A stretch of 63,974 bases of DNA, filler included, from Octopus bimaculoides (GCF_001194135.2; 5 parts of 5 records of this genome joined end to end with filler, not necessarily neighbours in it); one strand, 5' to 3'. Shown: positions 1-12,635, counted from the whole stretch's first letter. Made by a program: numbers and translations. The notes: generated by a model from the sequence alone, not told the origin.

Positions 1-81
1 TATTATATATATATATATATTAATAAAAATATACATATACTCATATTTTGAGTTCTATTTTTCGTCTTTGCACCAACATAC

Positions 82-139
<58 letters not shown>

Positions 140-148
140 ATATATATA

Positions 149-540
149 TTCTTTTATTTGTTTCAGTCATTTGACAGCAGCCATGCTGAAGCACCATCTT
201 TAGTCAAGCAAATCGACTCCAGAACTTATTCTTTGTAAGTCGAGTACTTATTCTTTGTAAGTCAAGTACTTATTCTATCGATCTCTTTTCCCGAACTGCT
301 ATATATTATAGGGACATAAACACACCAACATTGGTTGTCAAGCGATGGTGAGGGAACAAACATATATATATGTATACATACGACGGGCTTCTTTCGGTTT
401 CCGTCTACCAAATCCACTCACAAAGCTTTGGTCGGCCTGAGGCTATAGTAGACACTTCCCCAAGGTGCCATACAGTGGGACAGAACCCAGAACCATATTG
501 TTGGGAAGCAAGCTACTTACCACACAGCCACTCCTGCATC
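149..540 (-). mobile_element. tRNA-derived SINE (family A), near full length
   Basis: The minus strand reads GCAGGAGTGGCTGTGTGGTAAGTAGCTTGC...GGGTTCTGTCCCACTGTATGGCACCTTGGGGAAGTGTCTACTATAGCC (A-box/B-box-like tRNA head), then a central (TA)/(TG) tract and a 3' module ending ACTGAAACAAATAAAAG. About 10 related copies occur in the window. This copy has an internal 22-bp tandem duplication at about 225-270. Confidence 0.85.
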
Positions 541-541
541 G

Positions 542-576
<35 letters not shown>

Positions 577-649
577 TGTATGTATGTATACATAAACTTA
601 CTTGGAAATGGACGCGTAAGATTCAGTTCCTCACACATGATCATCATAC

Positions 650-1090
650 ATCTTTCCTTTCCTCATGTGACCATCTTTCTTTTCCTGCACGACATTCTAA
701 GGACTGGGTGTTTTCTTTCTCTCTTCCATCTTTTCTCTTTGCAAAGAAAATATTTCTCCCAGCGTTCACTATTTTCCTCTCGTTCTGGTCTAATGACCAT
801 CCATGTTTGATTTCGTTCGGTTTCCTTGTATGTCTCCACTGTCCTGTATTTGTTCCCAACTTCCATAAATCCAAAATTTTATTTTAGAATTTGTGGGAAC
901 AACTGTCTTTGAAGACTCATTTTATCGTTGAATGCTCGAAATGAGGAGCAGATAGACAACTGACAACTGATGAAGGGTTGTTCTCTGTGTTCACTTGTCC
1001 TGTTTTCCATTTTTCTCCCGTTGTTTGCGTATTTAACTCGTTTGTTTTCATACTTCATGTTGTTTACACACTTGGTGACGTCCTGTACCC
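650..1090 (+). repeat. Dispersed repeat (possible Penelope pLTR-like segment), copy 1
   Basis: Colinear similarity to 22010-22434: GTGACCATC, CACTGTCCTGT, AAATTTTATTT, CAACTGT, AATGCTCGAAAT, CAACTGATGAAGGGT. Carries decayed hammerhead-like motifs. Confidence 0.55.
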
Positions 1091-1600
1091 ATATACGCAT
1101 ATACATATATATNNNNNNNNNNNNNNNNNNNNNNNNNNNNNNNNNNNNNNNNNNNNNNNNNNNNNNNNNNNNNNNNNNNNNNNNNNNNNNNNNNNNNNNN
1201 NNNNNNNNNNNNNNNNNNNNNNNNNNNNNNNNNNNNNNNNNNNNNNNNNNNNNNNNNNNNNNNNNNNNNNNNNNNNNNNNNNNNNNNNNNNNNNNNNNNN
1301 NNNNNNNNNNNNNNNNNNNNNNNNNNNNNNNNNNNNNNNNNNNNNNNNNNNNNNNNNNNNNNNNNNNNNNNNNNNNNNNNNNNNNNNNNNNNNNNNNNNN
1401 NNNNNNNNNNNNNNNNNNNNNNNNNNNNNNNNNNNNNNNNNNNNNNNNNNNNNNNNNNNNNNNNNNNNNNNNNNNNNNNNNNNNNNNNNNNNNNNNNNNN
1501 NNNNNNNNNNNNNNNNNNNNNNNNNNNNNNNNNNNNNNNNNNNNNNNNNNNNNNNNNNNNNNNNNNNNNNNNNNNNNNNNNNNNNNNNNNNNNNNNNNNN

Positions 1601-4010
1601 TAAGTTCAACTTTTCTCTCAAGATACTTACCCTCTGTCGGGTATGCACACTGACATTACTCATCCATCGGAGCATACTGGCTTCATTCCTTGTGAGCTTA
1701 CACATGTCCTCAGCAGTCACGGCCCATGTTTCACTGCCATGAAGCATGGCTGTACGTACACATGCGTCATACAGTCTGCCTTTTACTCTGAGTGAGAGTC
1801 CCTTTGTCGCCAGCAGAGGTAAGAGCTCTCTGAACTTTGCGCAGGCTATTCTTATTCTAGCAGCTACACTTTCAGCGCAACCATCCCCACTACTAACTTG
1901 GTCATCCAGATAGCGAAAGCTATCAACTACCTCTAGTTTTTCTCCCTGGAATGAGACAGAAGTTGTTTCCTGCTTGTTTACAGTCTTTATTGCACCTAAA
2001 CATCTGCTACATACAAAAACTAACTTCCTAGTTAACCTGCCTTTGATATTGCTGCACCTCTTATGTGTCCATAGCTTGCACTGGGTACATCTTATAGAGT
2101 TTCTACCTAAACATCTTCTACATATTATGCAGGGTCATCTACCTGAAGGGGTTTGTGTTTTATCTACCTTCCTACATATTAGGACTTTGGTTTTAGGTAG
2201 GTTGACTCTAAAGCCCTTCGATTCTAGTCCCTGCTTCCACACCTGAAACTTCTCTAGTTCTGATAGTGACTCAGCAATTAAAGCAAGGTAATCAGCATAG
2301 AGGAGCTCCCAGGGTCATCCTGTCTTGAATTCCTCTGTTATCGCCTGGAGGACTATGATAAATAGGAGGGGGCTGAGGACAGAACCTTGGTGGACCCCTA
2401 CCTCCACCCGGAATTCATCACTGTACTCATTTCCAACCCTCACCTTACAGACAGCATCTCTGTACATGGCGCGCACAGCTCTCACTAACCATTCTTCTAT
2501 CCCAAGTTTCCTCATTGACTGCCAGATAAGGGATCAGGGGACCCTGTCAAAGGCATTCTCCATGTCAACAAAAGCCAGGTACAGAGGTTTATCTTTGGCT
2601 AGGTATTTCCCCTGCAGCTGTCTTACTAGAAATATAGCATCATTGGTACTTTTGCCTGGCATGAACCCAAACTGCATCTTATCTAAACTGACTCTCTCCC
2701 TAATTAGTTGGGCTATGATCCTCTCCTTGACCTTCATAACTGATCCAACAACTTGATACCTCTGTAATTATTTGTATCTAAAGCATCACCTTTACCTTTG
2801 TAGCAGTTGACTATGGTGCTGCTACACCAGTCATTGGGTATGACTCCTTCATGTATCACCTGGTTGACTATACAAGTGACTAGGCTATAACCGACTCCGC
2901 CAAATATTTTGAGCATCTCTGCAATCATTCCTGATGGGCCGGGAGCTTTCTCTGTCTTCATACTGTTAATTGCTTTATCTACCATGGTACTGTCAACTCG
3001 GATAGCTCGTCCCTCTGTTGGGTCGACATACGGCAGACTCTCTTTCTCCCATTCATTCTCTTTATTGAGCAATCTATCGTAGTGGCATCTCCAGACCTCT
3101 TTCTTTGCAGCCTCATTTAGTGCAAGTGTACCATCATCCATGCGAACACATTTCTCTCCTACGACATCACTATTCTCTCTCCTACACTGTCTTGCAACAC
3201 GAAATACCTCAAGTCTTTGGTCCTCACGGCGCAGAACATTGGCAAATTTTTTCTTATCTGCTTCCCCTCTGGCTAAATAAACCTGTCGCCTAGCTTCCCT
3301 TCTGGCAGTCTGATACAATTCCCTGCTACCAGCGTTCTACCAATCCTTCCAAACCTGTTTCTTTTGTCTAATAGCCCTGTCTATCTCTTTGTTCCACCAC
3401 CACGTTACTTTGGGTCGAGAGGGGACTTTACACCAACCACAGATCTGGTAGGTGGCTCTCAGCAGGTTGTCCCGCAGAAATCTCCAATTGTCTTCCATGT
3501 TGTATGATGCTATATCCCCTTCTATTTCGTCAAATGCTTCGAGTAACATGTCTCTAAATCTCTGTCCGTTTGCAGGGTCTTTAAGCTTCCACACCCTTCT
3601 CTTCCAAGCCGGTCTACTTCTGGGCACCCATTTTGCCTTGATCCCGAAGTCGCTAACTACTAATCTGTGTTGAGGGGTACATTCTTTGCCAGGGAAGGTT
3701 TTGGCATTTATAAGCCGCCCTCTTTCCCTATTTCTGGCGAGGATGTAGTCGATTTGGCTAGAGTGTCTGCCGGATCGGTAGGTGACTAGGTAACAGGCAG
3801 GTTTCCTGAAGCTGGTATTGCAAACCACAAGATCGGTTGCATCACAGAACTCCAGCAGTCTGGTTCTCTCCTCATTGCGGGAACCGAAGCTATAGCCTCC
3901 ATGTATGACATGGAAGCCTCCAGCATGACCATTGAAGTTACCAGCCACAAAGAGAAGGTCCCTATCATTCGTCGACGAGGTAGTTTGCAAGAGGGTGTCA
4001 TAGGATTGGT
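1601..4010 (-). mobile_element. RTE-clade LINE, 5'-truncated and inactivated (APE endonuclease + reverse transcriptase)
   Basis: Consecutive minus-strand frames give APE motifs (LFVAGNFNGH, SQIDYILAR, QHRLVVSDF) and RT motifs (YRGIKLLDQ, QFGFMPGKST, AFVDMENAFDRVP, GVHQGSVLSPLLF, ELLYADYLAL, FRYLDD, MLHGSETW), with stops and frameshifts. The 3' end runs into an N gap. Confidence 0.95.
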
Positions 4011-5224
4011 CTGACGGTAGCTAACCTATGATGAAGCACTAGTCTAATCTTATATATGTACATACACATATATATTATTTATATATATATATATGTATGT
4101 ATATATNNNNNNNNNNNNNNNNNNNNNNNNNNNNNNNNNNNNNNNNNNNNNNNNNNNNNNNNNNNNNNNNNNNNNNNNNNNNNNNNNNNNNNNNNNNNNN
4201 NNNNNNNNNNNNNNNNNNNNNNNNNNNNNNNNNNNNNNNNNNNNNNNNNNNNNNNNNNNNNNNNNNNNNNNNNNNNNNNNNNNNNNNNNNNNNNNNNNNN
4301 NNNNNNNNNNNNNNNNNNNNNNNNNNNNNNNNNNNNNNNNNNNNNNNNNNNNNNNNNNNNNNNNNNNNNNNNNNNNNNNNNNNNNNNNNNNNNNNNNNNN
4401 NNNNNNNNNNNNNNNNNNNNNNNNNNNNNNNNNNNNNNNNNNNNNNNNNNNNNNNNNNNNNNNNNNNNNNNNNNNNNNNNNNNNNNNNNNNNNNNNNNNN
4501 NNNNNNNNNNNNNNNNNNNNNNNNNNNNNNNNNNNNNNNNNNNTATATATATATATATATATATATATATGTAGGAAAGCGGACAATATATATTGATTGC
4601 TAGTTTTTATGTGTGACTGTACCTCTTCCCACCAGACTTATGCCTGCCTCTTGCACAAATCTTAATTTGTGTTGAAGAAAATCAACTGATAAAGCAACAC
4701 AAAATCATGCATCATAAAGTGCTTTGTTATTTCCATCATTTGTCTCTCGGCCAACATTTAATTTCTTGCCTTTCTTGCCTTTCTTTTATGTGACTTTTCC
4801 TATCTAATACCAAATGTATACTGCCTTTAATTTTACACATTTGATTGTTCCACAACGGTTACTTTTGTCAAGAATTTTGCAATACAGTAAGTAATGTTAT
4901 ATATAAAGGTTATAGATATCTCTAAAGATTGAAAAATATGTTTTGATTGCAAAATTTACAATGTGTAATTAATGAGTTTTGTTAATGAAACACAGGTGTG
5001 ATGATGTAACTCTCATGCTTGGTTTTATTTTCTACACACACATGCACACATACACACGCATATATATATTTATATATATATATAATATATATATGTATAT
5101 GTTAATAGTTGCATGTGTGTGTACAATGAATATGTACACACACACACACATATGAATATGTATCCATATGTCCTTGTCCTTATGCATCCCATGACCATAT
5201 CAACATAGTCATCAGATGTTTTGT

Positions 5225-5975
5225 GCAAGAGAGACAACTGCACTGCTACGGTCATGTGATGCGTATGAACAAGGACAGCTGTGTAAAGAAGTGCCGATTT
5301 CTAATTGTGGAGGGAACTAGTGGAAGAGGCAGACTCAAGAAGACATGGGACAAGGTGGTGAAGCATGATCTTTGCATGTTGGGCCTCATGGAGGTGATAA
5401 CAAGTGATCAAGACCTCTGGTGAATGCTGTGCATGAGAAGACACACCAGGCCAAGTGAAATCGTAGCTGTGGCTGTGCTGGTGTCATGTAAGTGACACCT
5501 GTGAAATTGGAGTTGAGCCTTTGCTGGTGCCTTGTAAATGGCACCCATGAATCATAATCGTAGCCATGATCATTGTAGGTGCCATGTAAATGGTACCCAT
5601 GAATCACAGTTGTAGTCATTGATGGTGCCACGTAAAGGGTGCCTGTGAACGATTGTGGTCATTGCCAGTGCCATGTGAATCATAGTCATAGTCACTGGTA
5701 GTGTCATGTAAATGACACTCATGCATTGTAGTTGTGGTCAGTGCCATTTACATGGCACCCGTAAATCATAGCTGTTGCTGGTGTCATGTATATAGTGCCT
5801 GTGCTGGTGGTACGTAAAGTACCCATTATATTTCTGGTGTGGTTATCGGTAGGAAGGGCATCCATGCCAAATCAGACTTGAACTTGTTGTAGCTCTCCAG
5901 CTTATCAGCTCCAGTCAAACCATCTAACCCATGCCAGCATGGAGAGTGGACATTAAATGATGATGATGTTGATAG
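5225..5975 (+). mobile_element. RTE LINE 3' fragment with tandem-repeat 3' UTR and (ATG)n tail
   Basis: Translates as RQLHCYGHVMRMNKDSCVKKC...GRGRLKKTWDKVVKHDL, the RTE C-terminus. Followed by degenerate GGTGCCATGTAAATGGCACC-type units and the tail GCATGGAGAGTGGACATTAAATGATGATGATG. Confidence 0.88.
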
Positions 5976-5999
5976 AAACACACACATGCGTATATCTCA

Positions 6000-6205
6000 T
6001 TTCATTTTTACTTTTTACTCATTTCAGTGACTGAACTGTAGTCATTTTGGGGCATAATCTTGAAGGGCTAAAACAAATCGAACCTAGAACATCTAGTACT
6101 TATTCTATTGGTCTCTTTTGTTGAATCAACAAGTTATGGTATGTAAACAAACCAAAACCAGTCGTCAAATGGTGACAGAGGGGACAAATAGGCACACACA
6201 CAAAT
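6000..6205 (-). mobile_element. SINE family A, diverged 3' half
   Basis: Degenerate match to the 3' module of 149-370 (TAGTACTTATTCTATTGGTCTCTTTTG...GGGGACAAA). Confidence 0.65.
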
Positions 6206-6291
6206 ATACAGATGAAAACTGTGTGGAAGCCATCATATGTATTCAGAGGGTATGTATTCTTTTAGATGCAGAGTGGTAAAAAGTCTGCTTT

Positions 6292-6414
6292 CCAAACACA
6301 TGGTTCCAAGTTCAGTATCTTGGATAAGTGTCTTCTACTACAGCCCCAAACTGACTAAAGTTTTGAGTGAATTTTGTAGACAGAAACTGAAAGAAGCCAG
6401 TTGTATATGTATAA

Positions 6415-6512
<98 letters not shown>

Positions 6513-6685
6513 ATTTGTGTTTGTATTTGTCTCCAACCATTGCTTGGCAACCAGTGGTTTGTCTAAGACCCCATAACATGGTGGTTCAGCAAAAAGTGAC
6601 CAATAGAATAAGTACCAGGTTTTGAAAAACAATAAGTTCTAGGCTCTTCAGTGACTGAAACAAGTAAAAGATAAAAGATAAAAAA
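6292..6685 (+). mobile_element. SINE family A with long internal (TG)n
   Basis: ACACATGGTTCCAAGTTCAG...AAGTGTCTTCTACTA...GAAACTGAAAGAAGCC, then about 47 TG units (6417-6511), then the 3' module ending GACTGAAACAAGTAAAAGATAAAAG. Confidence 0.8.
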
Positions 6686-7823
6686 CAAATATACTTTATG
6701 TAGGAAAAAGAAAAAAGAATCAAAAAGTAAAAATTAGAAATTAAGTGTATATGTTATTCAAATTAACTTAGCTTAACCTATAAGAGATTCCCACCCTTTT
6801 AATGACATCACAGGAAGTAAGCCAAGTGTTCAAAAGATACTCATATTTTCAGATTTATTTTCCTGCTTTTCCTGTTTGTATTACCAAACATGTATATAAA
6901 GTCAACAGTACATGAAATTCCAACAACAGATCTCCTTTTGATTCTAAACCTTACTCTGCTTGTCTTTTATGTCTCCCTCTGCACTTCCTGCTATATTTAT
7001 ATATTTGCTAATTTTATTCTCTGACCATATGTCTTATCATTTATTTATTTATTCTTTTATTCATCTAAATTAATACTAGAAAGGTCTATTTCGCTTAGTA
7101 GACATATCTTCCTTTAAAGCCAATTAATTCCTTTGATAAACAACCTATTTTATTATTTAGTTTTATATTTTTATGATCCTTTGCATTTTTCTTTTTATTT
7201 GATTTTTCTTTTTTACTTTATTGTATTTATCTACTGCTTCGTTCTCTGAATTTGTTTTGGTCTATGGCCATTGCTTCCTTAAAGCAAATCATAAATGGTA
7301 ACCTGCTGAGTACATCTATTGCTTGGAGATATATATTCTCTGTAGTAGAATTGGTGTTTTGGATTACCATGAATGATTCTGAAGATTAGGCTGTTAGTTT
7401 ACTTCTCAGCACAATTGTATATATGGGTGTACATATACAGTTATATTTATATGTATGTTTTATGTATGTGTGAATGTCGATGTAATATCTATTATATAAC
7501 TAACAAGATTATGAAACAACTGTAAATGAATAAAATGAACATCTATTCTTTCAGTTCACTTTTCTTATCTGTTCTAATTATATATTTATGAATAGAACAT
7601 ATAATTTACTCAGCAATGTAACTACACATGTGCTATTGGTGATTTCTTTTCCTTCTTTGGACTTTTACCTTTCTCCTTGCCAACAAAGAATTATGCTTGA
7701 AATGTCAAAAACTCTTTCATTTTACTGAGCATCAAACTAATACATTCTCTGTGCATGTCCTCTTGTTGTTTGTTATAGTTAATCTTATCATTTGTTTATT
7801 TGAATTGAATACAAATATATATC

Positions 7824-8315
7824 ACCGACTCCTTCACCTGCACTTCTACCAATGTCATCTACTGCATCTCCTGCTCCCTCTGCCCTTCTCTATACATCGG
7901 GCAAATGGGACATAGCTTGGCTAACCGGTTTGCGGAACACCTTCGAAACATCCGACTCTGCAATGACACCCCAGTCTCGTGCCATTTCCGCTCTACTGGT
8001 CACTCTTTGCAACACCTGTCTGTGTTCAGATTGTCCTTGCACAGGGGCCATCCAGACACCCGTTTTTGCCGTGAACAGGGATTAATCTTCTCCCTTCGCT
8101 CCTTTGCATCACATGGGCTCAACTCTCCCCCCCCTCTTCATCTAACCCTCCACTCCTCTCTTCTCTTCACTTCTACCAACTTCTCCCTCCTCTCCCTTCA
8201 ATGTCACCCCTCCCTCGTAACCCACCCCTACACAATCCAATCCCACCTCTATCCAGGGGTATTTGTTTCTTTGTCTTTTCTCCTGGTGCTGTATGAATAC
8301 TTGATGTGGTTTTAG
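7824..8315 (+). mobile_element. Penelope-like element, GIY-YIG endonuclease C-terminal fragment
   Basis: One frame reads DSFTCTSTNVIYCISCSLCPSLYIGQMGHSLANRFAEHLRNIRLCNDTPVSCHF...REQGLIFSLRSFASHGLN. This has the VIY...YIG motif, the CxxC and the R..EH and GLN motifs typical of PLE endonucleases. Confidence 0.88.
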
Positions 8316-8407
8316 AGTCAAGTTTTGACTGCTATCTCTAGCATGGTGGTATCTTTTAGATACCCTTAATTATAATTTTAATAATAATTATTACCTATAA
8401 GGTTTTT

Positions 8408-8790
8408 ATTCCCACTGCATGGCACCTTGGGCAAGTGTCTTCTACTATAGCCTCGGGCTGACTAAAGCCTTATGAGTGGATTTGGTAGATGGAAACTGAA
8501 AGAACCCCATCGTATATATATATATATATATATATNNNNNNNNNNNNNNNNNNNNNNNNNNNNNNNNNNNNNNNNNNNNNNNNNNNNNNNNNNNNNNNNN
8601 NNNNNNNNNNNNNNNNNNNNNNNNNNNNNNNNNNNNNNNNNNNNNTGTGTGTGTGTGTGTGTGTGTATGTATGTTTGTGTATACGTTTGTGTGTCTATGT
8701 TTGTCCCCCCAACATCGCTTGACAACCGATGGTGGTGTGTTTACGTCCCTGTAACTTAGCGGTTCGGCATAAGAGACCGACAGAATAATC
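8408..8790 (+). mobile_element. SINE family A spanning an N gap at its internal microsatellite
   Basis: Head part CCCACTGCATGGCACCTTGGGCAAGTGTCTTCTACTATAGCC before the gap; 3' module GTTTGTCCCCCCAACATCGCTTGACAACCG after it. Confidence 0.85.
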
Positions 8791-8794
8791 ACAA

Positions 8795-9060
8795 TCTTCA
8801 CCCATAGCAAGTAATAATCACTGCCTGTGTTGAATGACACTATTACCAGGATGCCCTGCAGTATGTGTTGTTTGTTGATCAGGATGTGGTCAATTTTATT
8901 TTTGTAGGTAGCTACATCCACTGCTTTCTCTTAGACTTTTCCCACCAAATCAGCAGGAATTTTAAAGAAGCATACTTGTACACAATTGAATGGCCATTGA
9001 CTCTTTTCATGAAAACAGTGGGTCTTCTTTTATCTCCAAAAATCAACCTCTACACCAAAC
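8795..9060 (-). mobile_element. Degenerate LINE APE endonuclease fragment
   Basis: Minus frame KNKIDHILINKQHILQGILVIVSFNTGSDYYLLWVKI resembles the IDYIL...SDH C-terminal APE motifs. Confidence 0.6.
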
Positions 9061-9456
9061 AAACTTGGTGGAGTTGCTAGCTTAGTCACCGACGACCTGA
9101 CTGTTGACCGGATTGAACTGCAACTGTCCATGCATCTCCTTTTATTATTGTGTGTATGTGTGTGTGTATTTTTCGAATGCTTTGCCTGTTAAGTAGTTCT
9201 ACAATGAATAAATAAAATAAATAAATAAATAAATAAAGGAAAATTAAAATAAGGGAATAATATGCATGCATACACATGCACACACATAAATGAAAGCACT
9301 GGTGAATACAGTGTATATATTAATATACACATATACAAACGTGTATATGTTTGTATATATACATAGGCAAGCTGAAGCTAAATACTACAAAAACAAAAAT
9401 AAAATCACAAAGAGCAACTAAAAGAGAATGAAAGATGATTTAATTATGAAATTATA

Positions 9457-9635
9457 CTAACCTCCATCCTTGACCTTGACACGGGCAGTTGCTTTATCTT
9501 TACCTAACTCATTGAAAGCAACACAGGTGTAGTCAGCTTCATGAACTTTATGCAAATTAATAATTTGAATCCAAGCAGTTTTCTCATGCGGTTCTGGACC
9601 CCCACGAATCAATGATGAAATACTACTGTCATCAT
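9457..9635 (-). CDS. Terminal coding exon of an Ig-domain protein, IGFBP-related (IGFBP7/KAZALD1-like)
   Basis: Acceptor TTTATTTCAG| (phase 1), then an uninterrupted frame (x)DDSSISSLIRGGPEPHEKTAWIQIINLHKVHEADYTCVAFNELGKDKATARVKVKDGG-TAG. The DD..IS...RGGP.....W.QI......D/E..Y.C.A.N..G pattern matches, from memory, the C-terminal half of the Ig domain in IGFBP-rP1/KAZALD1-type proteins. Upstream exons were not found. Confidence 0.85.
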
Positions 9636-10140
9636 CTGAAATAAATCAAAGTAACTCAGTGGTTTGGTACAGTTTTTTTAATACAAAGTTAATTATGTGT
9701 AAAGCACAATGACACTACATTAATGTTTTGGACTATTGACCACATAGAGAAGAATTAAAACTTTACAACCACTGTAGCACAGACACAGTGTCAAATACAA
9801 TAACTAAGTAATCAACACTATATCTATATGAAGCCAGGGTAACCATAACCATTAAACAATGCTTAAATTAACCCAACAAAGGTAAGAGTGGTTATTCAAA
9901 ATCAAACAAAAAATTTTTGAAATGGGTCGATACACTAAAGTCCTAATTAAAATTGGAAATAGACAATATAGTGAATTGAAAAAATAATCTAATCTATGGT
10001 CCAGGCATTGTGACAGTCTAGATATATTTCAGTATTATTAGACACTCTTGTCATAACATAATCATACACATGCTTGTTAAGTTATACAAATGTATACCAG
10101 ATCAAGAATGAGAAATGAATATATGTATGTACGGGCTATA

Positions 10141-10230
10141 CAGTAGTCCCCCGGTATTCGCGGGGATTGCGTTCCTAGAGCACCTGCGAATAGTGAAAAA
10201 CTGCGAATATTGTACGTTGTCCATAAAAAT
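10141..10230 (+). mobile_element. Tigger/pogo-like DNA transposon terminus
   Basis: TA followed by CAGTAGTCCCCCGGTATTCGCGGGGATTGCGTTCC...GCGAATAGTGAAAAACTGCGAAT, resembling Tigger TIRs. The opposite end is not visible and may lie in the gap. Confidence 0.6.
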
Positions 10231-10600
10231 GCCTATAAATGTCAAAATATTATGTAAAATATTATATATATATATATATATATATNNNNNNNNNNNNNNN
10301 NNNNNNNNNNNNNNNNNNNNNNNNNNNNNNNNNNNNNNNNNNNNNNNNNNNNNNNNNNNNNNNNNNNNNNNNNNTATATATATAAGGGAAATCAGTGTTG
10401 AGCCAAAGTCAGTGACCAGCTATAGCAAAACCGGTATGACTCTATAATGACTCATAATAATGACTTTTATACTTAGTTCCACCTCAAATCATTTATTTGT
10501 TTGTATATATCTTTGTTTTTATTTTAAAAAGCCATTGCTTTTATACCTAATATGCGTTTTCCTTGTTTCTTTTTACTTTTCCCATATATATAGATAGATC

Positions 10601-10631
<31 letters not shown>

Positions 10632-10643
10632 ATAGATAGATAG

Positions 10644-10702
10644 AAGAAGAAGAAGAAGAAGAAGAAGAAGAAGAAGAAGAAGAAGAAGAAGAAGAAGAAG
10701 AA

Positions 10703-10733
<31 letters not shown>

Positions 10734-10736
10734 AAT
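10644..10736. repeat. (GAA)n microsatellite preceded by (GATA)/(GA) tracts
   Basis: Directly visible. Confidence 0.95.
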
Positions 10737-11009
10737 GTGGGATTGGTATGATAGTAGGAGGATGTTAAATGGTCAAGTGCCCTGAAAGTGACTTGTTGTA
10801 GATGGTAGTAATGATTGAATTCTTGAGATATCTCTTTTGATTGTATTGTTTATAATACTTGCGTAGGTGTTATTCTAGACAGCAATAGTAGTAAAGTAAG
10901 GAAGGAGGTGGCGGAGAGGAAGAAGAAGACGAAGAGAAAGAATAACAAAAGAATGCGAGATGGTATGATAGTAGTAGGACCTAAATGTGGCTCGTTGTGG
11001 ATGATAGCA

Positions 11010-11963
11010 TGTCAAAAGCTACATAAGGGACGACCTGGATATGCTCAATCACCTTCCTGAAACAGTAAACAAAAACACCCTACTAGTATCCATCGATGTG
11101 GTCAACCTCTATTCCAATATCCCCCACAACCTAGGAATAGAGGCAATTCAATTCTGGCTCGAGAATTACGCCAACGAACTCCCACATCGCATCCAAAAAA
11201 GAATTCGTGATAGAAAGGCTAAAATTTATTTTGGAGAATAACTATTTCATCTTCAAAAACAACTTCTATCGACAAAAATCATTGACTGCGATGGGTACGA
11301 GAATGCCCCCCTCCTTTGCTAACCTAGTTATGGGATATCTAGAAATTAGTTTTTATCGTAAGGTTCTAGAAAAATACGGCAACCCATTCTCCCTCTACAT
11401 AGAAAATAACTGGAAGAGGTACCTGGATGACTGTTTCATTCTTTGGCATGAAAGTATAGAGAGACTTAAAGAATTTCAAGCACTTATAAATGGACTTGAT
11501 GTAAACATTCAATTCACGATGGAATATAGCCATCAACAACTTCCCTTCCTCGACATCCTCATTAAGAAATCTAACAACGCAATAGAAACAAATATATACT
11601 ATAAGTCCACGGATTCCAAGCAATATCTATCGTTCAACTCATGCCACCCCGAACACACTAGAATGAATATCCCCTTCAACCTAACAAAAAGGATCTGTAC
11701 TATAGTTTCTAATGCAAGCACCAGGGACACACGACTACATGAACTAAAGGATACACTCATTACCAGGAACTACCCACCTTCACTAATTGACATATGCTTT
11801 CAACGTGCCCTACAACTCAACATCCACGAACTCAGACATCCCAAATTAAAGAAAGATTTACAATCAAAAGCCCTACCATACATCTCTACACACAACCCTC
11901 TTAACAATGAAACTTTCGACACGATCCTTCAAAACATTCCCCTGCTAAAAAAAAGGACCACAG
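11010..11963 (+). mobile_element. Penelope-like element reverse transcriptase fragment (one frameshift near 11205)
   Basis: LVSIDVVNLYSNIPH, ILENNYFIF, TAMGTRMPPSFANLVMG, WKRYLDDCFILW, LPFLDILI, YYKSTDSKQYLSFNSCHP are PLE RT motifs. The 3' part is lost in an N gap. Confidence 0.93.
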
Positions 11964-12290
11964 NNNNNNNNNNNNNNNNNNNNNNNNNNNNNNNNNNNNN
12001 NNNNNNNNNNNNNNNNNNNNNNNNNNNNNNNNNNNNNNNNNNNNNNNNNNNNNNNNNNNNNNNNNNNNNNNNNNNNNNNNNNNNNNNNNNNNNNNNNNNN
12101 NNNNNNNNNNNNNNNNNNNNNNNNNNNNNNNNNNNNNNNNNNNNNNNNNNNNNNNNNNNNNNNNNNNNNNNNNNNNNNNNNNNNNNNNNNNNNNNNNNNN
12201 NNNNNNNNNNNNNNNNNNNNNNNNNNNNNNNNNNNNNNNNNNNNNNNNNNNNNNNNNNNNNNNNNNNNNNNNNNNNNNNNNNNNNNNNNN

Positions 12291-12460
12291 GTGTGTGTGT
12301 GTGTGTGTGTGTGTGTGTGCATCACAAAAATTTGAGAACTATCCAACCGATTTCATTCAAATGTTAGATATGCCTTACTTAGGGTCCATGCAGTGTTATG
12401 GCCCCCCAAAATTTTCAACTTCTTGCCTAATGCGAGCCCGGACCAATCTCTTTATCTCTT
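12291..12460. mobile_element. Possible DINE-1/Helentron-associated non-autonomous element fragment
   Basis: (GT)n followed by GAACTATCCAACCGATTTCATTCAAAT, a motif that resembles HINE-type elements from memory. Termini are not resolved. Confidence 0.3.
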
Positions 12461-12635
12461 ACACTGTTTTGGTATTACGTATCAAAAGTGAAACAATAAC
12501 AACTCTAATGTAATGTGACATAATACTTTCACTATTATGTGGTTTTAATTTCAATTAGTTTCATTTCAATTACTTTCACTATGTACTTATACACATATTT
12601 GTATATATGTGTGTGTGTATATCTATACATATATA

